A stretch of DNA of 63,998 nucleotides, the filler included, from Sandaracinaceae bacterium (GTDB lineage Bacteria; Myxococcota_A; Polyangia; Polyangiales; JADJQN01), in NCBI GenBank assembly GCA_947483975.1. It is 6 parts of 6 records of this genome, joined end to end, with 100 filler letters (N's around TTAATTAATTAA, not from the genome) between each part and the next. Parts side by side here need not be neighbours in the genome. Positions count along the whole stretch, not along the records: positions 1 to 11,368 come from CANKOL010000145.1; 5 more parts are not named here. One strand, written 5' to 3'. Of the stretch, positions 1 through 9,312 are shown piece after piece (the stretch's first letter is position 1; each line of letters begins with the position of its first letter). The notes under the pieces were generated by a model. It was given only the letters and a program-made list of their open reading frames with translations, made no database searches and was not told the DNA's origin. Both the position numbers and the translations under genes were made by a program.

Positions 1-374
1 CACGTCGCGCGCCCCGCGTCGGTCGTCTGCACGGCGAGCCCGGTGCCGAACTCCTTGACGACCGCCACCATGGCCTCGTCGAGGGGAGCCGCGCGCAGGC
101 GCGCCACCCCTTGCCGACACGCGAAGGAGTGGGTGACCTCCCCCTGGTCCGATTCGTAGAGCTGCCGCTCGAGCGCGTCGTACGCCGCGAGCGCGCCCTG
201 CGCGTCCGCTCGCGTGAGGAGCGCTTCGGCCGCCGCGAGCCTCGCGCGGACCTCCGCCGCGGGCATCACCGGGGGCGCCTCGTATTGCCCCTCCGCGGGC
301 GTCGGGCTGAAGCCCGCAGACCAAGCCTGCGCTGCGACGAGAGAGGCCAGGAGCGTGAGCCCCCGACGGACCAT
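1..374 (-). CDS. Partial secreted hypothetical protein (runs off window start)
   Basis: Manual translation from ATG at 374: MVRRGLTLLASLVAAQAWSAG... signal-peptide-like N-terminus; frame stays open to the window edge. Confidence 0.5.
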   Translation of the reverse strand, partial: MVRRGLTLLASLVAAQAWSAGFSPTPAEGQYEAPPVMPAAEVRARLAAAEALLTRADAQGALAAYDALERQLYESDQGEVTHSFACRQGVARLRAAPLDEAMVAVVKEFGTGLAVQTTDAGRAT

Positions 375-521
375 GAGCGCGGGTCGAGACACGCGCCGAC
401 GATCGGGGAAGCCGTCCTCGAAGTCAAAGGCGTATCCACGCTCGAGCGCGGCGAAACCCAACTGCCGACTCGCGCGAATCCCATGCTCGAGCCGCGCGCT
501 CGACGGAGTACGCTCGCGCCG

Positions 522-1592
522 ATGAAGACCGACCCGCCGCCCGAGCCCCGCGCCACGCTCGTCGCGCACTACCCGCGGGAGCGCGGGGCGCTCGTGCTGC
601 GCACCAGCGCGACGGCGCTCGCCTGGAAGACCGACGAGGCGCCCGTCAGCGTCGAGGGCGACGTCAGCACCTTTCACGTCGCGGTGCCGCACGGCGAGTG
701 CGTCGAGGCCAAGCTCGTGCGCGGCGATGGCGCGTGGATGGTCGGCGTCAACCTCGTGCTCGGCGCCGGCGAGACACGCTCGCTTCACCCCGCGTTCGAC
801 AGCCCCGATGGCCAGCTCCGCGAGGAGCGCACGCTCGAGGTGCCGGGCGCCGAGGCGCTCCGCTACCGCGTGATGCTCCCGCCGAGCTACGGCGAGCAGC
901 CGAGCCTGCGCTACCCGGTGATCTACGCGCAGGACGGACAGGCCCTCTGGAGCGACGGGGCCGATCCGCATGGGCTCTGGAACCTCGACCGCGTGCTCGA
1001 CGCGCTCTGGGACGTGCGCGCGCTCGAGGAGCTGATCGTGGTCTCCGTCGACACCAGCGAGCGGCGCCTCGAGCGCCTCGGCCCGGTGCCGGACGACGAG
1101 CACGGCGGCGGGCAGGCGGCGGCGCACCTCGCCGCGCTCGTCGACGTCCTCAAGCCCGCGATCGACCGCGAGCTGCGCACTCGCCCCGAGCGCGAGTCGA
1201 CCGCGCTCCTCGGCTCGTCGATGGGCGGGCTCTTCTCGTTCTATGCGGCGTGGACTCGCCCCGACGTGTTCGGCGCGGCGATGTGCCTCTCGCCGTCCTT
1301 CTGGTGGGCGGACCGCTGGGCCCTCCGGCAGGTGTCGCGCGGTGTTTGCCCCGCGCCGCTCCCGCGCCTCTACCTCGACTCAGGCGCGGCCGCGTCCGAG
1401 CACGAGGTCGAGGGCGGCACACGCGACGGGATGCACCACACGCGCGCGATGTATCGGGCGCTGGTCGCGCGCTGCTACGAGCCCGGCCACGACCTCGACG
1501 TGCTCGCGTTCACCGGCGCGAGCCACGACGCGTCATCGTGGGCCGCGCGCATCGCGGTTCCGTTGCAGATCGTGTTCCCGCGACCGCTCTGA
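522..1592 (+). CDS. Alpha/beta hydrolase (putative esterase, Fes/IroE-like) with N-terminal beta-rich domain
   Basis: YPVIYAQDGQ, GSSMGG nucleophile elbow, SPSFWW, C-terminal H (ASHDASSW); start chosen at MKTDPP. Confidence 0.85.
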   Translation: MKTDPPPEPRATLVAHYPRERGALVLRTSATALAWKTDEAPVSVEGDVSTFHVAVPHGECVEAKLVRGDGAWMVGVNLVLGAGETRSLHPAFDSPDGQLREERTLEVPGAEALRYRVMLPPSYGEQPSLRYPVIYAQDGQALWSDGADPHGLWNLDRVLDALWDVRALEELIVVSVDTSERRLERLGPVPDDEHGGGQAAAHLAALVDVLKPAIDRELRTRPERESTALLGSSMGGLFSFYAAWTRPDVFGAAMCLSPSFWWADRWALRQVSRGVCPAPLPRLYLDSGAAASEHEVEGGTRDGMHHTRAMYRALVARCYEPGHDLDVLAFTGASHDASSWAARIAVPLQIVFPRPL

Positions 1593-1616
1593 GCCGCCTC
1601 GTCGAGAGCCCCGTCG

Positions 1617-1895
1617 CTAGAAGCCGCGGCCCCCGAACGAGTGCGTCTGCCCGAAGCCCGACGTGCGCATGAGCACGTTGCCGATCCCGCTGCCGACGAG
1701 CGCGCCCGCGATGATCAGCGTCTTCTGCGGATGCTCGAACTTCGTGAACATGTAGAAGACGATGAAGCACGGGATGCAAAGGCACAGGAAGCCTTCGCCG
1801 ACGCTCGAGCGGAACGCGTCGATCAGGATGATCAGGTTGCAGAGAAAGCCGACGAGCGCGAAGGCCAGCCCGACGAGGAAGAGCGCGAGTCCCAT
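1617..1895 (-). CDS. Small membrane protein
   Basis: 92 aa, three hydrophobic segments, CLCIPC motif; directly downstream of the DUF2752 gene. Confidence 0.7.
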   Translation of the reverse strand: MGLALFLVGLAFALVGFLCNLIILIDAFRSSVGEGFLCLCIPCFIVFYMFTKFEHPQKTLIIAGALVGSGIGNVLMRTSGFGQTHSFGGRGF

Positions 1896-1934
1896 GGTGT
1901 GTGCTCCGGGTGAGGGATGGAGTGAGCGAGCGAG

Positions 1935-2399
1935 TCAGAGATAGGCGGTCAGCGACGGTTCGAGGAGCGCGACGACGAGGCGCGCGACTCCGAAGGTGAG
2001 AAACGCCCCGACGAGGCCGAAGTACGCCAGCCTGAGTCGGGCGTCGTGCCGGAGGAGAAACCGCGCGACCCGCACGCGCCGCCTGCGGCCGAGCGCGAGC
2101 TGCCCCACGAGGAGCGCGGCGAGGGCGTACACGAGCGGGCCGAACGGATGGAAGTGGACGGCCTCCGCGAGTCGCAGCTGCGCGAGGGCGGTGACGCTGC
2201 GCGTCAGCCCGCAGCCGACGCACGGCAGCCCCGTGAGCGCCTTGAACCAGCAGAGCGGCAGGTCGACGCCCGCGACCGGGAGCGCGAGCGAGAGCGTGAC
2301 GATCAGCGCCGCGACGCCGATTGACCACGGCGACGCGAGGATCCGCGCGAGGGACCTCGGACTCCGGACTACGCGCTCGGTGTGAATACGAGTGAACAT
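1935..2399 (-). CDS. DUF2752 family membrane protein
   Basis: CWFKALTGLPCVGCGLTRS...HPFG motif. Confidence 0.8.
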   Translation of the reverse strand: MFTRIHTERVVRSPRSLARILASPWSIGVAALIVTLSLALPVAGVDLPLCWFKALTGLPCVGCGLTRSVTALAQLRLAEAVHFHPFGPLVYALAALLVGQLALGRRRRVRVARFLLRHDARLRLAYFGLVGAFLTFGVARLVVALLEPSLTAYL

Positions 2400-2661
2400 A
2401 CGAAACGGCCTCTCCGGTCGCGCCGACCGCTGCGCCGCACCCCGCCGCCGCACTCGCGGAGGCTGCCGCACCCGGGACGCGCCGACAAGCGCGGCGTTCG
2501 GCTGCCCCGCACGCGCCGCGCGGTGGTCCCTGAGCGGGAATCGCAGAGGGCACTCTCCACTTTGACTTTTTCGGACTTGGCCCCCACCGTCGCGCGTCGA
2601 CTCGAGCCGCAGGCGCGTCCAGCGCGCGCCGCCGCTCTCTCTCAGCGAGGACCTTTTCCCC

Positions 2662-4182
2662 ATGGACGCGGGCGACACGCAGCATCTTCGGACGCTCCTC
2701 GAGGATTACCTCCAGCGATATGCGTCCCGCGACGAGCGCTTGATCAGCTACTTCAGCGACGACTTCTCCGGCTTCACGGGCGGCGTCAACGTCCTCGTCA
2801 AAGACAAGACGGAGTGGGTCGCGATCACGCGGCAGGACTTCGCCCAGATTCGAGAACCGCTGCGGCTGGAGCTGAAGGATCTGAGCCTCCAAGCGCTCTC
2901 GGACACGGTCGCAGTCGCCACGACGTTCTTCACCATTCACCTGCCCGTCGCCGACCACTTCCTGTCGCGCGAGACGGCGCGCTTGGTGCTGATCTTCCGC
3001 AAGGAGGCCGAGGGCTGGAAGATCGTGCACAGCAGCATCTCGGTCCCGTACCACCAGGCGCGTGAGGGCGAGGTCTATCCGCTCAGCGCGCTCGCCGAGC
3101 GCCATCAGACGCTCGAGGCGCTGAGCGCCGAGCGCACGATCCGGCTGTCCGAGGCCAACGACAACCTGCGGCAGAGCAACGAAGAGCTCGCGCGCCTCGC
3201 GGCCGAGCACCGCCTCGCCGCGGCGCAGCTCCGGGAGAGCGAGGCGCTCTATCGCCTGCTCACCGAGGACGTCTCGGATGTCGTGTGGAAGGCCGACCGA
3301 GATCTGCGCATCACCTACATCAGCCCGGTCGACGAGCGCCTGCGCGGCTTTCGGCCGGACGAGGTCGTCGGTCACCACGTCTTCGAGATGTTCACCGACG
3401 AGGGCATCGCGACCGTGAAGCGCTTGATGGCGCAGGGGAAGGTCGCTGAGCGGAACGGAGCGCCGATGACGACGCTCAACTTCGAGGCAGAGCACCGCTG
3501 CAAGGACGGTCGGTTGCTGTGGGCGGAGGTGCAGTCGAAGCCCGAGCGCGACGCCTACGGCACCATCACCGGCTATCACGGCATCACGCGCGAGATCACC
3601 GAGCGCAAGAGCATGCAGGATCAGGTTCACCGCCTCGCGTTCTTCGATCCGCTGACGGAGCTGGCGAACCGGCGCCTCCTCGACGACCGCCTGCGGCAGG
3701 CGCTCGGCGCGAGCGAGCGGAGCGGTCGGCACGGGGCGCTGGTCTTCCTCGATCTCGACAACTTCAAGTCCCTCAACGACACCCAGGGGCATGAGGTCGG
3801 CGACCGCTTGCTCGTCGAAGCGGCGCGCCGACTGACCGCGTGCGTGCGCGAGTCGGACACCGTGGCGCGGTTCGGTGGAGACGAGTTCGTGGTGCTGCTC
3901 AATCGGCTGGCCGAGGACGACTCCGCTGCCCGAGCGAACGCCGCGGTCGTCGCGAAGAAGATTGGCCTCGCGCTCGCGGAGCCTTATGTGCTCGCCGCGC
4001 GCCGCGGAGAGCACGGCGACGACACCGTCGTGCATCACTGCACGGCGAGCATCGGTGTCGCGACCTTCCTCGGTCGCACGGCGACGGAGGACGAACTCCT
4101 CAAGTGGGCGGACGCCGCGATGTACGAGGCCAAGGACGCGGGGCGAAATTGCATCCGCTTCCACTCGCCCCCTTCGGAGTGA
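2662..4182 (+). CDS. Diguanylate cyclase, SnoaL/NTF2-like + coiled coil + PAS + GGDEF
   Basis: WKIVHSSIS NTF2-like end, PAS/PAC, DPLTELANRR, DLDNFKSLND, RESD I-site, RFGGDEF. Confidence 0.92.
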   Translation: MDAGDTQHLRTLLEDYLQRYASRDERLISYFSDDFSGFTGGVNVLVKDKTEWVAITRQDFAQIREPLRLELKDLSLQALSDTVAVATTFFTIHLPVADHFLSRETARLVLIFRKEAEGWKIVHSSISVPYHQAREGEVYPLSALAERHQTLEALSAERTIRLSEANDNLRQSNEELARLAAEHRLAAAQLRESEALYRLLTEDVSDVVWKADRDLRITYISPVDERLRGFRPDEVVGHHVFEMFTDEGIATVKRLMAQGKVAERNGAPMTTLNFEAEHRCKDGRLLWAEVQSKPERDAYGTITGYHGITREITERKSMQDQVHRLAFFDPLTELANRRLLDDRLRQALGASERSGRHGALVFLDLDNFKSLNDTQGHEVGDRLLVEAARRLTACVRESDTVARFGGDEFVVLLNRLAEDDSAARANAAVVAKKIGLALAEPYVLAARRGEHGDDTVVHHCTASIGVATFLGRTATEDELLKWADAAMYEAKDAGRNCIRFHSPPSE

Positions 4183-4251
4183 CGACGTCCGGGCGCGCGC
4201 CGACCAGCGACTTGCGCGTACACCTTCCCCCCGTCGCCGCTGTCTGCGACG

Positions 4252-6021
4252 ATGCTCGCTGTCATGGTCGACCTCGAGGATCCTTCTAGGCCACCGCGCT
4301 TGTCTACACCGCCGGGCGCGCCGAGCGTTCCGCCGGGCGCGCCGAGCGTTCCGCCGCATGCGCTCTCGCCAGCCGCGACCGACGTTGCGAGCGCGCTCCA
4401 GAGCCTCTCTCGCGCGGCGCGGAGCTTCTCGCTCTACGACGCGCAGAACGAGGCTGTGAAGCGCCTGATCGCGGACTTCCGCGACAAGACCGTCGGGCTG
4501 ATGCGCCGCGCGCCGCTGACGGTGGACATCTATCCGTTCGAGCTCCACCTCGGCGAGGAGTCCGTCTACAAGGAGATGGACCGCGAGCGCTCGCTGTCGT
4601 TCCGCCTGTTCCGGGATGGCGTGCGCAAGCTGCACTTCGCGCCGGGCGTCGACTGGTCGGAGATGGTCTCTCTGCTCGAGGTGCTCAGCATTCGCTGCAC
4701 CGGAGTGCGGCAGCAAGAGGACGACCTCATCACGCTGCTGCGCAAGGCGGACTTCAAGCACATCGCGATCGAGGCCGTCGAGGGCTACATGCCCGACGAG
4801 GAGCACCCCGAGGCGGGCACGCAGCGCAAGGCCGCCGCGCAGCGCCCGGCCGATCAGCTCCCCGCCGACTGGGACCTGCCGCTGCCCGCTCCAGGCGCGA
4901 ACGCGAAGGTGCTCCCGTGCGAGGTCGACCTCGCCACGCTCGCCGCGCTCCAAGCGGAGGAGGGCCCCGACGCGATGCCTGAGCAGGCGGTGCGCGCCGT
5001 CGCAGAGATGCTCGAGCTCGCGCGTGCGCTCGGCGACGCCGGGCTCCGCGACGAGCTCGTGCCGTTCGTCGAGGAGGTGCAGGAGTATCTCTTCGTCGCC
5101 CGCCGCCTCGATCAGGTCGAGAAGCTCGCCGACCTCTACGCGCGGGCGTTCGACGCGGGCACGACGGGCGAGCGCCGGACGCTGCCGATGCTCGGCGACG
5201 ACAAGGCCTTCGAGCGGCTCCTGCGGGCGCTGCCCGAGCGCGGCGCCGAGGCGCCGGCGGCGTTCTTCGCGATGGTCGAGGCGCTCCCCGGCGACCACCT
5301 CTCGCACGCCCTCGAGCTGCTCTCGGCGGGCGCCGAGGGCCTGCGCCGCATCACGCTGGTCGGCCTGATCGAGCGCGCCGCGCAGGCGCACCCCGAGGTG
5401 CTGATCGAGCGCTTGCCGACCTCCGCGCCGCCTCTCGCGCGGGAGCTCTTCACGATCCTCGGTCGCGTGGCGCCGGAGCGCTGCCTCGACGCCGCGTTCG
5501 CCCTCGTCGAGCACCCGGACGCCGCGTTTCAGCTCGAGCTCGTCGAGACGGTCGGGCGCGCTCCCGCGAACGTGCGCCTCGCCCGCGGCCTGCAAAAGCT
5601 GATGGCCTCGACGCACGAGGAGGTGCGCATCCGCGCCGCTCAGCGCCTGATGCAGCGCGGCGGGCCGCGCGCCGTGTCGCCGATCGCCGAGCACGTCAGG
5701 ACGACCGCGGCGACGCTCTCCCCGACGGAGGCCTCGGCGCTCGGCCGCGCGCTCGCTCGGGCGTCGAGCGAGGACGCGCTGCCGCTGTTCGAGGAGTGGG
5801 CGCGCCCCGCCCGCGGGCTGCGCGGCTTCGTGTCGCGGCTCGCGAAAGAGACCCCGGCGCACCGAATGCTCGCGTGGGTCGCCGTGTCGGGGCTCGAGCT
5901 GATCGCCGGCGCGGAGGCCGACGCGCTCCTCGCCGAGGTCGCGACCCGCGCGCACGACGAGCTCGCCGTGCACACGCACGAGGTGCTCGCTCGCCGAGCC
6001 GGAGGGTCGAACGATGGATGA
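4252..6021 (+). CDS. HEAT-repeat protein with conserved N-terminal domain
   Basis: Helical Ala/Leu-rich repeats (HEEVRIRAAQRL); overlaps start of the HD gene. Confidence 0.75.
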   Translation: MLAVMVDLEDPSRPPRLSTPPGAPSVPPGAPSVPPHALSPAATDVASALQSLSRAARSFSLYDAQNEAVKRLIADFRDKTVGLMRRAPLTVDIYPFELHLGEESVYKEMDRERSLSFRLFRDGVRKLHFAPGVDWSEMVSLLEVLSIRCTGVRQQEDDLITLLRKADFKHIAIEAVEGYMPDEEHPEAGTQRKAAAQRPADQLPADWDLPLPAPGANAKVLPCEVDLATLAALQAEEGPDAMPEQAVRAVAEMLELARALGDAGLRDELVPFVEEVQEYLFVARRLDQVEKLADLYARAFDAGTTGERRTLPMLGDDKAFERLLRALPERGAEAPAAFFAMVEALPGDHLSHALELLSAGAEGLRRITLVGLIERAAQAHPEVLIERLPTSAPPLARELFTILGRVAPERCLDAAFALVEHPDAAFQLELVETVGRAPANVRLARGLQKLMASTHEEVRIRAAQRLMQRGGPRAVSPIAEHVRTTAATLSPTEASALGRALARASSEDALPLFEEWARPARGLRGFVSRLAKETPAHRMLAWVAVSGLELIAGAEADALLAEVATRAHDELAVHTHEVLARRAGGSNDG

Positions 6022-7468
6022 GCGTCGCCCCGCGCGCCTCGACAGCGCCTCGTTTCCGCCGCCTGTGTCGGTGCGTCCGCCCTCCGCGGTGGACCCCGAG
6101 CGCACCGTTCAAGATCGGCTCGCGTCCGCGATCGAGCGCGCGCAGGTCGGTGAAGATCGCGAGCTCGCGCAGGAGGTCCGCGAGCGCGGCGAGCAGCTCG
6201 CGACGCTGCTCTACGGCCTGCTCCGCATGAGCCGCTTCTACGGCGCCGACAACAAGGCCTTCGACGGGCCCGCGGGCGAGCTCGCGAGCTGCGTCGGGCG
6301 GCTCGCGGATCTGCTCGGTCCGGTCACGCTCGTCTGCGTGCAGGATCAGGTCTACGTCAACGACGTGCGGGTCCGCTTCGGCGAGAAGACGGGCAAGCCC
6401 GGCGAGCTCGGCGCGGAGCTCTCGAAGAACAACGTCGGCGGCGTCACGTTTCACGCGAGGCCGACGGACGAAGCCGTCCGCGCGCTGATCGCCGCGCTCT
6501 CTCTCGCGCCGGAGCCCGAGTCGCCGCGCGCCGCGCTCATGCGCTTTCTCGACCAGCACGGCGTCAAAGACCTCGATCTCGGCGGGATCAACCGCTTCCC
6601 CAAGGTCGGCGAGCGCAGCGGCAAGGAGTCGAGCGCGCAGGAGACGCACGAGGTCTTCGAGCGCGCGGGCGAGACGGTCGGGCAGATGTGGCGGAACGCC
6701 GCGGCCGGGCACCTGACCAACGCCCTCGCGCTGCGCCGCATGGTGACGGAGATCCTCGCGCTCGGCCCCGAGGACGACGAGGTCTGGCGCAAGCTCGAGG
6801 GCGCGCCTCCGCACGTCGCGCACGCGATGCGCGTGAACCTCGTCGCGCTGACGCTCGGCCAAGCCGCGGGCCTGCCGGAGTCCGTGCTCCAAGACCTCGG
6901 CGTCGCCGCGGTGCTGCACGACGTCGGCTACGCGGCCGACTCCGACGCGACCGGCGAGCTGTCGCACCTCGACGCTCATCCTTTCCAAGGCGCGCGCGTG
7001 CTCGCGCTGCGTCGCGGCTTCCACGAGGCGAAGATCCGCCGCGTCCTCGCCGCGCTCCATCATCACCGCGACTTCGACGACGCTCGCGGCAGACCTTCGC
7101 TGTTCGGCCGAATCCTCCGCATCGCCGAGGACTACGACAACTACTCGCGCCCTGAAGGCGGCGGGCTCTCCCCCGCCGAGGCCCTCGCCGCGATGGTGCC
7201 CTATGGCGGCACCCGCTACGACCCCGCGCTGCTGCAGCTCCTCATCAACCGCTTCGGCAGGTTCCCGCCCGGCACGCTCCTCGAGCTCCAAGACGGGCGC
7301 ATCGTCGAGACGACCTCGCTCGTCAGCGCCACGAGCACCTTCGTCGCGCCCCGCGCGCGCGTCGTTCAGCTGCCGGACGGCACGACGCCCCTCTACGAAA
7401 TCATCGTCGAGCTCGCCACCGAGGGGCGCCCGCGGAGCCTGTTGCGGAGCCTCTCCGACGCGCGCTGA
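6014..7468 (+). CDS. HD-GYP-like domain protein (degenerate)
   Basis: HAMRV, LHDVG, HPFQG, HHH, GRILRIAEDYD, YDP, FPPGT motifs; no GYP loop. Confidence 0.8.
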   Translation: MDERRPARLDSASFPPPVSVRPPSAVDPERTVQDRLASAIERAQVGEDRELAQEVRERGEQLATLLYGLLRMSRFYGADNKAFDGPAGELASCVGRLADLLGPVTLVCVQDQVYVNDVRVRFGEKTGKPGELGAELSKNNVGGVTFHARPTDEAVRALIAALSLAPEPESPRAALMRFLDQHGVKDLDLGGINRFPKVGERSGKESSAQETHEVFERAGETVGQMWRNAAAGHLTNALALRRMVTEILALGPEDDEVWRKLEGAPPHVAHAMRVNLVALTLGQAAGLPESVLQDLGVAAVLHDVGYAADSDATGELSHLDAHPFQGARVLALRRGFHEAKIRRVLAALHHHRDFDDARGRPSLFGRILRIAEDYDNYSRPEGGGLSPAEALAAMVPYGGTRYDPALLQLLINRFGRFPPGTLLELQDGRIVETTSLVSATSTFVAPRARVVQLPDGTTPLYEIIVELATEGRPRSLLRSLSDAR

Positions 7469-7590
7469 AGAGCCGTCGAAACACGCCCGATAGCGGCTTA
7501 CGTCCTCACGCAGACCCTGCGAAATACAGGAGTATTCCTCGGGTCTGCGCTCCGGGCGCGCTCGCTCTCGGACTGTTTTTCTACGGCTCT
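7469..7590. mobile_element. MITE-like foldback element with ~28-bp terminal inverted repeats and TGA target-site duplication
   Basis: Left end AGAGCCGTCGAAACACGCCCGATAGCG vs reverse complement of right end AGAGCCGTAGAAAAACAGTCCGAGAGCG; TGA at 7466-7468 and 7591-7593; inner stem CGCAGACCC/GGGTCTGCG. Confidence 0.65.
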
Positions 7591-7631
7591 TGAGCCGGCG
7601 CAGGACGCGCGGCGTTCGCCCGCCGCGCCGG

Positions 7632-8192
7632 TTACGCGGTCGGCGGCGGCTCCACCAGCGAGAGCCGCTTCAGCTCCATCGTGTGGTGCACGCCGCCGTG
7701 CTCGAGGTAGAGCGTGCCCTCGCTGACCGTGACGTTGATCGACTCCTGACGCTCGACGCCCTTGCCGATCAGCGCGTCGAGGAGCGCGACGTCGAGCGGC
7801 AGCACCTCGATGCCCTCCGCCTTGTGGATGCGCTGCCCTTGCAGCTCGCGCAGCCATGGCACCGGGTCGGTGTGCACGACGACGACGACGTGCCCGCTCG
7901 CCTTCGACGCCTTGTGCAGGCGCTCGGCGCTCGGCGTGCCCACCTCGAGCCAGACGTGCCAGCCGCTCGCGTCGCGCTTGTACGCGGCGGGGTCCTCCGG
8001 GTGCGCGATGCCCTCCGCGCAGAGCTCGAGCCCCTCCTCGTAGAAGAGGCAATAGCCGAGCATTCGGGCCCAGAGATGGCGCGCCGTCTCCGAGGCGTGT
8101 CGCGCGACGCGGAGGTCGATCGAGGCGTAGACGGCGCGATCGACGTCCGAGATCTCCGCGCGAAAACGGTGCAGGGTCGGTTGCAGGGCCAT
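7632..8192 (-). CDS. yaeQ: YaeQ family protein
   Basis: SDVDR..Y, ARHASET, WLEVG.P..ERLHKASK motifs. Confidence 0.9.
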   Translation of the reverse strand: MALQPTLHRFRAEISDVDRAVYASIDLRVARHASETARHLWARMLGYCLFYEEGLELCAEGIAHPEDPAAYKRDASGWHVWLEVGTPSAERLHKASKASGHVVVVVHTDPVPWLRELQGQRIHKAEGIEVLPLDVALLDALIGKGVERQESINVTVSEGTLYLEHGGVHHTMELKRLSLVEPPPTA

Positions 8193-8256
8193 GCGCTGTC
8201 GTATCACGCGCGGCCGTTATTGCGCGCATCGGCGGGCGCTGCTCTACGCTGCGCGG

Positions 8257-9240
8257 GTGAAGACGACGGCGAGCGACGACCCGCAGCTCGACGAGCTGGC
8301 GCAGCAGATCGCGGGCTTCGAGGCCTATCTGCGCACCGAGCGGCGCGCCTCGCCGCGCACCATCGAGGCGTACGGGCGTGACCTCCGCGAGCTGCGCGCG
8401 TTCGCCCAGAAGAAGACGCTGACGCTCGACGCGCGGCGCCTCGGTGTGCCGGCGCTGCGCGGCTGGCTCGCCTCGATCTTCGAGGGGCGCTCGCCGCAGA
8501 CGCTCGCCCGCAAGACCGCCTCTTTGCGAGCGTTCTATCGCTTCTTGCTGAAGCGTGGCGTCGTCCGCGAGAGCCCCGCGGCGGCGCTGCGCACGCCGCG
8601 CACGAAGCGCCCGCTGCCCACGTTTCTCACCGTCGAGGACGCGTTCCGCGTGATGGACGCGCCCGCCGCCGATGGGCGCGGGCAGGAGCCGCTGCGCCTC
8701 CGGGACGCCGCGATGCTCGAGCTGCTCTACGGCGCCGGCGTCCGCGTCAGCGAGCTCGCGGGGCTGACGCTCGCGCAGACGGACCTCGCCTCGCGCACCG
8801 CGCGCGTGCTCGGCAAGGGCAACAAAGAGCGCCTCGTGCCGCTCGGCGCGCAGTGCCTCGCGGCGCTGCACGCCTACCTCGCCGTGCGGCCGCTCTTGCG
8901 TCATCCGCGCACGGAGGCGCAGGCGCCCGACGCGCTCTTTCTCGGGCGGCACGGCACGCACCTGACGGTGCGCCAGGTGCAGAACCTCGTGCGCGAGTGG
9001 GGCACCAAGGGCGCGGGGCGCACGGACCTGCACCCGCACGCGCTGCGGCATACCTGCGCGACGCATCTCCTCGACGCCGGCGCGGACCTCCGCGGCATTC
9101 AAGAGCTGCTCGGGCACGCGAGCCTCTCGACGACGCAGCGCTACACGCACGTCAGCATCGATCAGCTGATGGCCGTCTACGACCGCGCGCACCCCCTCGC
9201 GAAGGCCTCGTCCGACCCCGACAAGCGGCGCGACGACTGA
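8257..9240 (+). CDS. xerC: Tyrosine recombinase XerC
   Basis: RD.AMLELLYGAGVRVSEL, GKGNKER, HPHALRH, LGHASLSTTQRYTH; upstream of hslVU. Confidence 0.9.
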   Translation: MKTTASDDPQLDELAQQIAGFEAYLRTERRASPRTIEAYGRDLRELRAFAQKKTLTLDARRLGVPALRGWLASIFEGRSPQTLARKTASLRAFYRFLLKRGVVRESPAAALRTPRTKRPLPTFLTVEDAFRVMDAPAADGRGQEPLRLRDAAMLELLYGAGVRVSELAGLTLAQTDLASRTARVLGKGNKERLVPLGAQCLAALHAYLAVRPLLRHPRTEAQAPDALFLGRHGTHLTVRQVQNLVREWGTKGAGRTDLHPHALRHTCATHLLDAGADLRGIQELLGHASLSTTQRYTHVSIDQLMAVYDRAHPLAKASSDPDKRRDD

Positions 9241-9312
9241 CCAGCGCGCGCGCAACGCGACGGCAAGCGCGCCGGTCTTGACTCGCTCGGCACAGCGCCA
9301 CACGTTCGCCGC

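Noticed and set aside
1510..6105. Very long antisense or overlapping ORFs (1531 aa here; also the 5' part of 39602-43846)
   Set aside because: Shadow frames of real genes in high-GC DNA; Arg/Ala-rich with no recognisable motifs
7469..9240. Integron (attC-like hairpin next to a tyrosine recombinase)
   Set aside because: The hairpin lacks RYYYAAC/GTTRRRY ends, and the recombinase is a typical XerC in the xerC-hslVU context with no evident IntI insertion
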